Source: Bigelowiella natans CCMP2755
Taxonomy: Eukaryota; Protista; Cercozoa
Direction of reading: 5' to 3'
Assembly (NCBI GenBank): GCA_000320545.1
Contig: ADNK01002641.1
Location: 1-64,000, forward strand
Length of the DNA stretch: 64,000 nucleotides
This document shows, piece by piece, positions 41,601-52,363 of the stretch (its first letter is position 1; each line of letters begins with the position of its first letter). Under the pieces are notes generated by a model. The model was given only the letters and a program-made list of their open reading frames with translations. It was not told the DNA's origin and searched no databases. Made by a program: the position numbers and the translations under genes.

Positions 41601-44250
41601 TCAATTCCACAGCATCGTTGACCTTTTTCATGCCAATGACCACCCGACAGGTGCTCTTGCCTTTGTCCCAGACAGGAAATGCAGGTGAAGTGGCCATCAC
41701 TTTTTCTTCATTCGACACTTTGTGACACAACCCATGTTTTTCCAGTTCTTCCAACTTGGTCTCCATCGCATTTGATCTGTCCGGGGGCAACCGGCAAGCC
41801 TTTTGGTGTGCAAACTTCTTTCCTGGTGGAAGGTGATCGTGGACTTCACGTTTCGGCACACGTGATTCTCCTGTCTCAGGTGCATTTTCCACAAATCGCG
41901 ACGAATGACGACACAGGACACGACGTGGGCAATGAAATTGTTCTCTTGACGTCATGAGTGTGGAACCTGCGCGGAACTCTTTCTCCACTCTGTTCAGCAT
42001 GCGCAAGCAGTCTCCCGAAGCAAGTTCCGCATTGGCACGTTCTGATTCTCTGTGGACGCATTGGAGCGATGCGATCTTGCCGAGACTGTGTTCAATTTCC
42101 TCATCAGGTGCCCCCGTGCCGCAGACGTGGTCGCACTCTCTCAATCGGGAATCCGCTGCATCTGACAGGTCGAGTGTTTCGTGGACTAGACATGAATTTG
42201 ATGGCCTTTTGGCTTTGTTTCGTTCACCTTCGTTGACACCCGCATCCTGGGCTGATGCAGGTGAGGCCAGCAAGTTGCTTTCCAGTGCAAGTGAGTTTGC
42301 ATTTCGAAGGTGAGAAGTGCAGGGATGAGAGCAAACAGGTGTGCCATCAATTGTGACTTTGCGGTGTTCGGGTTTGGGGTCTGGGCACGACGTGATGCGG
42401 TGCAAGTTTCTCACATCTTGGCCAATTGCAAAGTCAAAGTTTGCATTCCCATCCAGGACCATGGCAAAAATCCTGAGCCTCACGTGTCCCCCCCGAGCGG
42501 TTTTGCACTTCACTCTTGTCTCAAATTCCACCTCACCCTCCATGCGGACACAGGTGGCACTCAAACCTCCAACCTGGCCACTCATCTTTGTCCTTTTCAT
42601 TTTTGCACCTGGCTCACTGAGCAATTTGATCTTTTGCAGGCCAATGGTGGTGGGCTGCGATCCATCGTCAAGGAGTGCTTTCATCTCAGCAGGTCCACTC
42701 TTGCCTTCCACAAGTGCCCTTGGCACATTGCGTTGGCGTGAAGACTCGTTTGCATTGCAGGGCTCAGAGGCGATGTTGACCTGTGGGATGTTCATTTTTG
42801 CCAACTCTGTCATGTCGTTTTCCACAGTTTGCACTGCGTCCTTGCCGGATTCCCTCCAGTCACTGTTCAAGGCATCAGAAGAGGGATGGAGGCCAGGGTT
42901 CACTTTGGGGCAACTCGCATCCACTGTGACCTTCGACAAATTTGTCGCTTCATCCCCTGGGTCGTGCGAGAATCTGCATCTCTTGCCCCATTCACATTTT
43001 CCCTCTCTGACACATTTGCACAGCCTGTTGGACTTCCCTCCTTTCTCATGACCACGTTTGCATTCATTTCCACATCGACAAGTTCCTTTTTTGTGGAAGT
43101 TGAAGCAGATCTTCTTCTTCTTGTTCCCTTCCATTCCAATTGCATTCACACCATTGCATTTCGGTTGTGACTCCTGAATCATTTCCTCTCCAATTCTCAG
43201 CTGTTTGAAGAGTTCGGCTGGAGTCATGCTCGTGGTGTCGTGATGTGCCATGGCTAGGAGTGGGGATCGACCACATCTGTGGTTTTGCAACAGTGTTTTG
43301 CAATGGTTCATCCTGTCGCACCTGTCAATCTTGCATGTCGGGAACAGACTGCACACTTGTTTGCACTTGCTGTGCACTTGGTCTGCAAATCTGAATTTCT
43401 CCTTTCGCAGTTTGTCAAACTCCTTGTTGAACCCAAACCTTGTGTCTTGCGGGGACTCTTCGCCACACAGGTGTTGCATTCCTTGTTCGAGTTTCTCGCG
43501 ATGATCCATTTGGCATTGCCGTTCCTTCTCCTGTTTTTTGACGTGCAGGTCGAATCCATCCCGTGCATCCTGGGACAATGTCGTTCGGAAGAACTCGCAT
43601 CCGAATCTCACATCCGCTCCAAAGAGTTCGCTGTGCCCTGCGATTTGACTCTGGATTCTTCTCACCCTCTTCCGAAACTTTTCACGGCAAACAAAGGCTG
43701 GGTCCAGTTCTCCCCTCACCTTGATTTTCTTTCCGAACATTTCCACAGCTTTCGCTCTGTGAGACATTCCTCGGCAATCCCCGATGTCTTGTTCTCGCAT
43801 TTCATTTTGTTTCTTTTCCTCTGCTACCGTTGCATCTTCCTCGTCTGTCAAGTCCTCCGCTGCTTCCGGATTTTCTGTGAAGTGTTTCCACGTTTTCTCC
43901 GGCACTCCTTTGTCACCATGTCGATCTGTGAAGAACCCACGGGAACTGCGATTGTCTCGCAAGCTGCGGACATCCTTGTTGAAATTGACCGCCAGTTTCT
44001 CCTGGATGGACACCCCTTCCAGGACCATTCGAAACTTGTCAATTTCCATCCTGAGCAGAACTTCCTGCCAATTGGATTCCTTCAAGTCACCTGTGGCACC
44101 TGCAGCAACAGGTCCTCCTGTTTCAATGTGCATCACCTCTGGCACTTTTTCCTTTCCTTCCACTGCGCCGCTGCCATCTGCGACAACTGAGAGCAACCTC
44201 CCAGTGTCGGCTTCTGTCTCTGCCAAACTGGCAAGCTCGTCGCCGCTCAT
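38642..44250 (-). pseudogene. gag-pol polyprotein, disrupted
   Basis: Motifs: protease ALLDDGS, RT TDAKSGWPQ / LPFGCKSAP / HVDD, RNase H VDVDASK..GGATLSQ / NAD, integrase H-H-C-C and D(SVDAIG)-D(LTDQG)-E(PIERKNR), and a GPY/F-like C-terminal module. One in-frame TGA at 41533-41535 and frameshifts near 39500 and 39140. Confidence 0.93.
44165..44176 (-). promoter_or_regulatory. Putative primer-binding site
   Basis: TGGCAGCGGCGC begins 2 nt inside the 5' LTR boundary; the priming tRNA was not identified. Confidence 0.6.
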
Positions 44251-44600
44251 TCAGCAAAAACAATCAAACTTTCCAATGAACAATGAAACCCTGATGACAT
44301 TGGTGACTTCAGAACACACGCATGTGCACGCTCAAACAAACACACTGACCGCTTTCAAACTTCTAGCGAACTGACTGCTGGATGCGGGTTCGCTGCCATT
44401 GACCAATCGAGGCAGCTACGTGCACACAAACTTGGTTTTCCCAAACTGCTTGCTTCCCATTTGATGACTCAATTTGCTCATCAACCAACAGCACCAACTG
44501 AACCCAAAACTGCCAAAACTGCAGGGCATTTCAACGGGATCAACTTGACTCAATTGACCACTTTCAACGGTCAAATTCCTTTGAATTTTCCGCCGTCACA
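44179..44600 (-). repeat. 5' LTR
   Basis: Direct repeat of 38105-38526 with 5 mismatches by eye; begins TGTGACGGCGG and ends GTTGTCGCA on the minus strand. Confidence 0.97.
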
Positions 44601-45082
44601 CATGCAGTCGATTGGTTGAGAATCGCATGGCTTGACTGCCCAGCTGCCAGCTGTTGGTCAGTCAGTCAGTGAGTTGGTCATCATTCCAGTTGCATCCTTG
44701 ACATGACAGCCCATCCATGCAATCGTTCATCGATTGAGTGGTTGTTGTCACAGACGACGACAGTGAAAAAATGAAACAATGAAACAATGATGAAAAACCA
44801 CACTTCCAAAGTGTTGCAAGACACTTGCAGCGTGCAAAGTGCAGTGCCTCGAACTGGTTTCAGTGAGGACTGTGACCAGCAAATCAACCAGCTGGTTTGC
44901 CAAAATGGCATGACTTGGTCATTGAGAAGCAATGACATTGGCAGCAAAATTCTGACGGCGCAAGACCTCCACTCTGAGCAAAAACTTCCTGAAGGCCATG
45001 TCCACATGACGATCCACGATTGGATCGTCTGAGGGGGCCCCCAGCAGAACTTTGGTTTTGGAGGAGTCTGGAGCGTCAAAGA

Positions 45083-46044
45083 CAAGGGGGGTTCACTCCC
45101 ACGGGTTTTGGTCCGTGTCATGCTCGGCGGTTTTGCTCCGGCGTCAGCCGGGAAAATTTTTTCGATTTCACCCAAAAAGTGCAAATTTTGTTCAAATTCC
45201 TCAATGTTTTCTTCAAAAACCATCCACAAAGTGTCCAGTGAAATTGCCCAAGATGCACATTGGCGGAACTCTTGGCATCGAGTCACTGGGATGTCTCAGA
45301 TGTGCCCAACCTACTTCCCTGGCGCATGCAGATTTGATCAATGCTTTGTTCATCGTTCATTGTTCATCATTCCCGCCCTTCCCATCGATGTGTGCACCAG
45401 CGTGTGTGACTGATCACGTGCGCAGCGTCGATCATCCAGTCGTGCGCGACGTCGCGACGTGTCTAGCTTCAATTTGATGATCAAGTGACAAGTGTGCATC
45501 AGAGTGGGAAGCTGTGAGTGCTTGCGTGCGCGCGCGCTGGGCACGCACAAAGTGTGCCAGTCTGGCAGTGTGCGCCATCGTGCCCACACGTCTTGCTCGT
45601 GCGTCCAATCCCAAGCAGCTCTGGAGCTGCGCGTCGCGCATCACATCCAGCTTCATTGATTGCCGCATCGGCACCGTGCAGGCCGCTAGGAGCCACACAT
45701 CGAAAACTCACCTGAGTCAAAACCACAAAAAAAAAGCACCTTTTTGGCGCGGAAACGTTCAATTTTGCGAATTTTGGAGTGGAACTTCTGGAGGTGATGG
45801 AGTTGCTGTTGACACGGCCTTTGAGCATGTTTTTTTGAGCCAACACGCAAAGTGGACCCTTTCCGCGGCACCCAAAGTTTTTGCCCTCGATTTTTTTCCT
45901 TGAAAATCCACTTTTTTGCACCCCTTTCTGGACAATTCTGGACCTTCTCACACGTCCAGAAGTCTTCTGTGGTGCTTCGGAAGAAGTTTGGAGTGGATTC
46001 CGAGCATGATACGGACCAAAACCCGTGGGAGTGAACCCCCCTTG
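45083..46044. mobile_element. Non-autonomous TIR DNA transposon (hAT-type, 962 bp)
   Basis: 45-bp TIRs (45083-45127 and 46000-46044, starting CAAGGGGGGTTCACTCCC, 1 mismatch) flanked by the 8-bp TSD GTCAAAGA (45075-45082, 46045-46052). No transposase ORF. An 8-bp TSD suggests hAT; P or Merlin are not excluded. Confidence 0.9.
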
Positions 46045-46596
46045 GTCAAAGAATGAAGAGTGGAGGGTTAGTGTGTGTGTCAGTCAGTGTGTCAGTCAGT
46101 CATTCTGTTCGCAGCATCATCTTTGACTTACCAGCCATGTTTTTCCACCGATTAGATCGTAGTCATTTTCACAGGTGGATGTTGTCTTACAAAGGGCATT
46201 GCGAAAGTCAGAAATTCGCATTCATCGATTTAGTTCTGGACTGAAAGCAACACCAAAAACATCTAACAAAAATTGCCCAATGTGAAAAAATATGGCAATA
46301 ACAGCAACAACAGCCCTGTTCGTCAGACGACCTAGCTGCACTGCCATCATCAGCACTCCACCCTCTCCCCCTTCCCACAAGCAAAACTTCACAAAACTAC
46401 GACGACAGCAATACATTCACCATCAAATCGTCATTATTGCTGGCTGTCGCATTCTCCCCTCCCTGCATCCCTCCTTCCTTCCTGTCTGTACATTTAGCTA
46501 GACCTAGTGGCGGAAGAAGAAGCAGAAGTAGCCAGCAACTGAGTTACACATCACAACAAAACAGCTTGGTGTAGCTACTACTGCTACTTTCTTTTA

Positions 46597-47441
46597 ATGC
46601 GGAAGGCTATCCATCGACATGCAATTGCGCTGAAGAACGATCTTGTTCGGGAGCAGAAGGTAGCCAGTAGTCCTCCGTGTTGATAATAACTAGTACCAGT
46701 ATGTCAGTGCTCTGTTTCATGACAGCAGCGCACATTTTATTCCCTGACGGTGCTGTGCTATTATTATTATTATTTTTATTATTATTATTATTTGCTGCTC
46801 AGAGGACATACTTCAAATGCATCTTCATAGGTTAAACAACAGCAACAACTGTGTATCATTACCACACACTGATTAATGATAATAATGGTAGTCAATAAGA
46901 GAATGAATGATACCACAAACTACACTACTGGCATCCAGTTAGTAAATAATACGCGCAGACAACATGTATTACATGTTTTATGTGCATTAGGACTAAATTC
47001 ACAGAAGTTTTAATGCTGTGTATGATGAAGGAGGAAACTATGTGTACGCATGAAGCTTATAAATGTTACTATGTTATACACTACTACTCCTACATATGTT
47101 ATTATGTATGTTCTACTACTGCCAACTACTGCTTACTACTGCTGCTACTACTACTATTACTACTCTCATTCTTATGATACGACTACAAGGTGTGCTAATA
47201 TTCGGTTCCGTTCATTTGGCGTTAATGATTATCAAGAACCCAGCTTTTGAGGTAGTACCACTCTCACTATTCATTGATATCGATGACTGAAAACAATTAC
47301 TGTGATGAAGATGATTTGAATAATCATCAAAAATACTTTTACTACTATTACTTACTACTACTACTGATTCTCAATGATAACGAAACGACGGTACATCTTT
47401 ATTCAGAATTCCATTTATTTTCGATCTTCATCTTCGGCTTT

Positions 47442-47473
<32 letters not shown>

Positions 47474-48461
47474 CATCGTCGTCATCTCCATCGAATAGAA
47501 TGCTTGGCCGAGTGAAAAGGTTATTTGGAAAATTGCAAAAGACACTTACTGTACGCACACACACACACACAAACACACACGCTCACACTGCTCTTCAAAT
47601 CATATTATTATCAGATTAGAAGATCTCAAATATGCGTTGGAGAAAATATCGTCCATTTTACAACGATCTACTAAGGGAGTCGTCAGTACTACCGCCAATC
47701 ATCTTCCTCCGCAAAATACAATTAGAAAGCAGCAACAACAAGATCTCACTAAAAGTTTTTCTTCTTCTGACGTCATTTCGGAAAAGTATGTGAAAATGAT
47801 AAATAAATTAGACCACCTTTTATTATCTTTCGTTTTAGTACGGCTTAGATGCCATGATTCTTTACTTGTAGATCACTAACTAACGATATAATGTTGTTTA
47901 CATAGTGTAAATCTAATTGATATATAAAATCCATCCATTGCTTGGTGTTGATATGGCAATTATAACCATCGTTTCTATCACAAAGCTACTACTATTACTA
48001 CTGCTGTGTGTGTATGAATGTTTGTGTGTTTGTGTGTGTGTATGTGTGTGTAGTTTGTGGTTTTTGAGAAAGACCCCTTCAATAAAGAATAAACCGTATT
48101 GAAATAACATTATGTCGATTGTGCTACAGCCTAAACAGCATTTCTCTTCATTTTACCCAATTTTCTCCTTGTTCTTACATGTATCATTATTATATGCTGA
48201 TTGCATATGTGATTTAATTTACCAATAGAGGTGGTCTATCGGGTGCTGCTTTCCCACCGGAGAGTAACATCCTATCGTCGTCATCATCATCATCATCAAT
48301 ATCATCATCAGTACCTTCCACAGGTAAATCAAGACTAGAGATATTGTGTATTTGGTGATTACATGTATGAATTACTACGGCATTCTTCGTTTATTGCTAA
48401 TGTTATAGTTATTACACACAAATACATGCACGTACACATACACACACGCACACACAGAAAC

Positions 48462-48509
<48 letters not shown>

Positions 48510-49224
48510 TACTAAATATTCATATGCATATAATGATGTGTAGAATGTAATACTAAGTGATTATGCTGATCAACAACTATAGAAGGTGAGACCAACAATG
48601 GACGAGATGAAGCAAAATTAAATGAAATAAAAGCAAGTTTTAAGCTTGCATGGGTATTGATGATATCCCGAAGATGATGCTGCATCGTATGATGATGATG
48701 ATGATGATGATGATGTTAATGATAATGACAATGCTCAATCCATACAGAACTGTTTTATTGTGGATAACCTTTTTTGCCGATGTTACATGAGTGATACTAA
48801 ATGGTAATGACTGCTGACTTATCTTCTTTGCCTGTGATTGTGTTGTACATTGTCTATATGTGGTGCTACCTGCCAATTTTGTAATTGATGATTTACAATT
48901 TGATGTCCTCCGTCTGATTATCGTCGCATGAATTCGTATTGTCCTTCAAGGCAAACTACTTACTTACCACTTAAGTTGCTGTAATTCACCGTAACTACCC
49001 TTATTCAGTTTACGTTCATCATCATTATCATCTTCTTCTTCTTCTTCTTCTCCTTCTCAGAATGGGTATTCTAAGTACTGTTGGGGGAGGGATGAGCTAA
49101 AGTAGTACTATTTAGTAAGTAGGCGTATGAAGCAGTAGATTGGATAATGATGATGATGATGATTTTGATGACGATCGTTTAAAGAAATATGATGATGGAA
49201 ACTAAAAAGAGGGGAAGGATGATA

Positions 49225-49268
<44 letters not shown>

Positions 49269-49671
49269 GTAGTAGTGGTAATGCTACTATTACAGAATGA
49301 ATAATAACTTCTTTGTGTTGCGTACTAATTTATTGTTGTTCCAAAAGTAATTAGTTTATTATGTGATGTTATCATATTTTATCGCTATTTCACATGTTAT
49401 TTATCGCATGTATTGTATATGAATATAAAAGCCAGCAATTAGTTTTTGTTTACGATTTGTTAACATTATTATTTTCATTAACTTTATTATCATTTGTTAG
49501 AATGTGTGTGTGTGTGTGTGTGTATGCGTGTGTGCGTGTTTCGTGGGTACTCACGATGAATTTATATATACAACATAACCCTACTAAATGGATTTAATGA
49601 ATTAATATTGTCAGACCATTAAATGTATTTAATGAATGAATATTGTCAGACCATTAAGTACATGGATTTAA

Positions 49672-49713
<42 letters not shown>

Positions 49714-50612
49714 CAGACCTTTAAGTAAAAGCTGCAATGACTGGGTACACATGGGCCTTACTATTATCGATGCTTTGGGTGAAAATAAACAATTAGTTAG
49801 TTAGTTAGTAGTGTACATTCGTAAGGAAAGAGAAGGAGGAGGAGGAGGAGACAATAAATGAAATTTTAAAAAATGATTGCATTACATTGTACATGATTGA
49901 GAAGAATACCACAAGGGAAAAGAAGCACAAAACAAAAGTAGTAGGGAGAGCAGAACCTCTTACATTAAAGATATTTCAAAACTACACTTTAGCAGTGAAT
50001 TTAATCTTATGAATATGGGCGGTAGGTATTAAATATATCGTGATCATCATATTCTAAATATATCGTGATCATCATATTCTAAATATATCGTGATCATCGT
50101 ATTCTAAATATATCGTGATCATCATATTCTAAATATATCGTGATCATCGTATTCTAATCCAATAGATTCATTGTTCATTATGGGATTTCGTGATGAGTTC
50201 CAAAAAGCGAAGGAATGGGTAAGTAGTACATAACATCATCACGGTTAATAACATAAAATTGATGATTCAAAGTACAATCTCTACCGTTTATTATCATCAT
50301 CATTAGTGTAATTGATTCCTTAGTAATTGTGTTTAAAAAATGGAGACGGAAGATGTAACTAACCTACATTGAATGAAGTATTAACTGCTGATATTTATAT
50401 CCTTTTCATATCATCAATACTACTTGTAATATGTCACACTGATGACCATATTACTACTCAAATCCTACTTACTAGGTAAGAACGTCTCTTCAAACGAATA
50501 TCAATCAGAAGATTTCTTTCTTTGAGGTAGTATTAACGACGGTGACGATAGAAAGAGTATTTTGATTTAAACGATTCATTCATTACAAATGCCATTGTAT
50601 TTTCCATAAAAC

Positions 50613-50648
<36 letters not shown>

Positions 50649-50663
50649 CCAATATGTACATAC

Positions 50664-50705
<42 letters not shown>

Positions 50706-51033
50706 CTCAAGGTGGTGCACGTATGTGTTTGTGTGCGTATTTGTTTGCATAGTATTTGTTTGCATGCATGTCGCAAATCGGACTAAAATGTTCCCTTTTT
50801 GAGATTTTTATACCAACAAAAAAGAACATTCATGTGTACCATTTTCATTCTTGAAATTATGTGCAGTGAATATAATCTCAAATCTATCATTTTTTTAATA
50901 CGATCATCGTTGCTCATTATTTAGTATGAGGTAGAAGGTATTAGTAGATCATCGTTGCTCATTATTTAGTATGATGTAGGAGATATTAGTAGTTTTTACA
51001 TCATTTACCTTAGATGTTTACTATCCATTCATT

Positions 51034-51068
<35 letters not shown>

Positions 51069-51786
51069 TACAATATTTACATCATATATATGTTGTACAA
51101 CAGTCCATTATTCGTGTGACGGGTGGGTTACTTTCTGCGTATGAGTTGTCTGGAGATAAAATATTTCTCGATAAAGCAGTAGAGGTTATAACTAATCTGC
51201 CGACAGATCGTGATTATGAGATCATTTATCTTCCTCTCATTGCGTAACACCATTATATGAATCATTGTCAGGTGCAAAATGGGCTAAATAAGGCATTTGA
51301 TAAAACACAATCAGGCCTACCCATATCAGAGATAAATCCTGTTACCGGACAAGGAGATGTATGGCATCACAAATGATGAGGGGAGGGGGAGAGAAATCAA
51401 CATAGTGTTTTGACGATGATGAAGATGATGATAATGATGATGATGATAACGATTACGGTGATGGTAAGCTATATTAAACCACTTACACAGTAGTAGCATC
51501 TATTTCCATGGTTTGCTTCTTCTTGCATGAATGAGCGAGCACTCTTTTCTTCGCTATATGATATGATATCAATAGCTACCAGGTTGGACTGGGAGGAATC
51601 TTATTCTTGCAGAAGTATGATTGTCGTTTTAACAAGATAGTAGTACTAGTAGTAGTAAGAATGTTGTCTACAAGAAATTAATTTATTTAATCGTCTTTTT
51701 ATTAGAGATGAAGGTGCGTCCATGATGATGTTTGTTCGTTAGATGAAAATTATATTCTATGATTGATAATAACACTCAAATCCTGA

Positions 51787-51817
<31 letters not shown>

Positions 51818-52127
51818 GTAGTAGTTGTTGTAAAGAGAAGGAGAACAATGATGGTGATAATAATTTCGCTGATTCGGCCTCATCAGCACATATTTTCTTT
51901 CATAAAAGAATAGAGTATGATGTTTATGGTTGATATTTAATAGTGTTATATTAGATTGTAGTAGTAGCAGTTTTTAACAATTTGTATTATCCTCTTCAAT
52001 TTATGATATCACCAGATTTAATTTTAAAAATCTTCCTTTTCTTTTTCTTCTTCTTCTTTTGCAGGTGGCTTCTAATGTTTTGGAGTTCAGCAAACTAACG
52101 CAACTTACCAAAAACCCAGTATTATTG

Positions 52128-52185
<58 letters not shown>

Positions 52186-52239
52186 AGGGGGGGGAGGGAG
52201 AGAGATATCTTTATATTTACACCCTTATCACACACACAC

Positions 52240-52281
<42 letters not shown>

Positions 52282-52326
52282 GTGTATATGTAATACATAT
52301 TTATTTCAACCCACATATGGAAAAGT

Positions 52327-52363
<37 letters not shown>

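Larger units (their letters stand above)
38105..44600 (-). mobile_element. Full-length Ty3/gypsy LTR retrotransposon (6496 bp), inactivated
   Basis: Two 422-bp LTRs with TG...CA ends, 5-bp TSD CATGC (38100-38104 and 44601-44605), PBS-like site and PPT, domain order Gag-PR-RT-RH-IN. Confidence 0.97.
37100..46050. other. TpA-depleted domain 5 (about 9 kb; includes the LTR element, the hAT-type element and their flanks)
   Basis: Near-total absence of TA; graded onset in the ~400 bp after the psb27 stop and graded recovery at 46060-46600. Confidence 0.95.

Noticed and set aside
39484-44250. Alternative genetic code or Tyr-codon reassignment as the reason for missing Tyr
   Set aside because: Neighbouring host genes use TAT/TAC at conserved Tyr positions, and TA is missing in all frames and in non-coding flanks.
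38105-44600. ADAR-type RNA editing or APOBEC/RIP-type cytosine deamination
   Set aside because: Changes are on both strands, extend outside the retroelement, affect a DNA transposon and spare TAG; C>T processes would create TA rather than remove it.
37572-46034. Many overlapping 60-300 aa Cys/His-rich ORFs in all six frames (also at 4-6.3, 26.8-27.7 and 62-64 kb)
   Set aside because: Loss of TA removes TAA and most TAG stops, so spurious ORFs lengthen; only the minus-strand gag-pol frames carry domain motifs.
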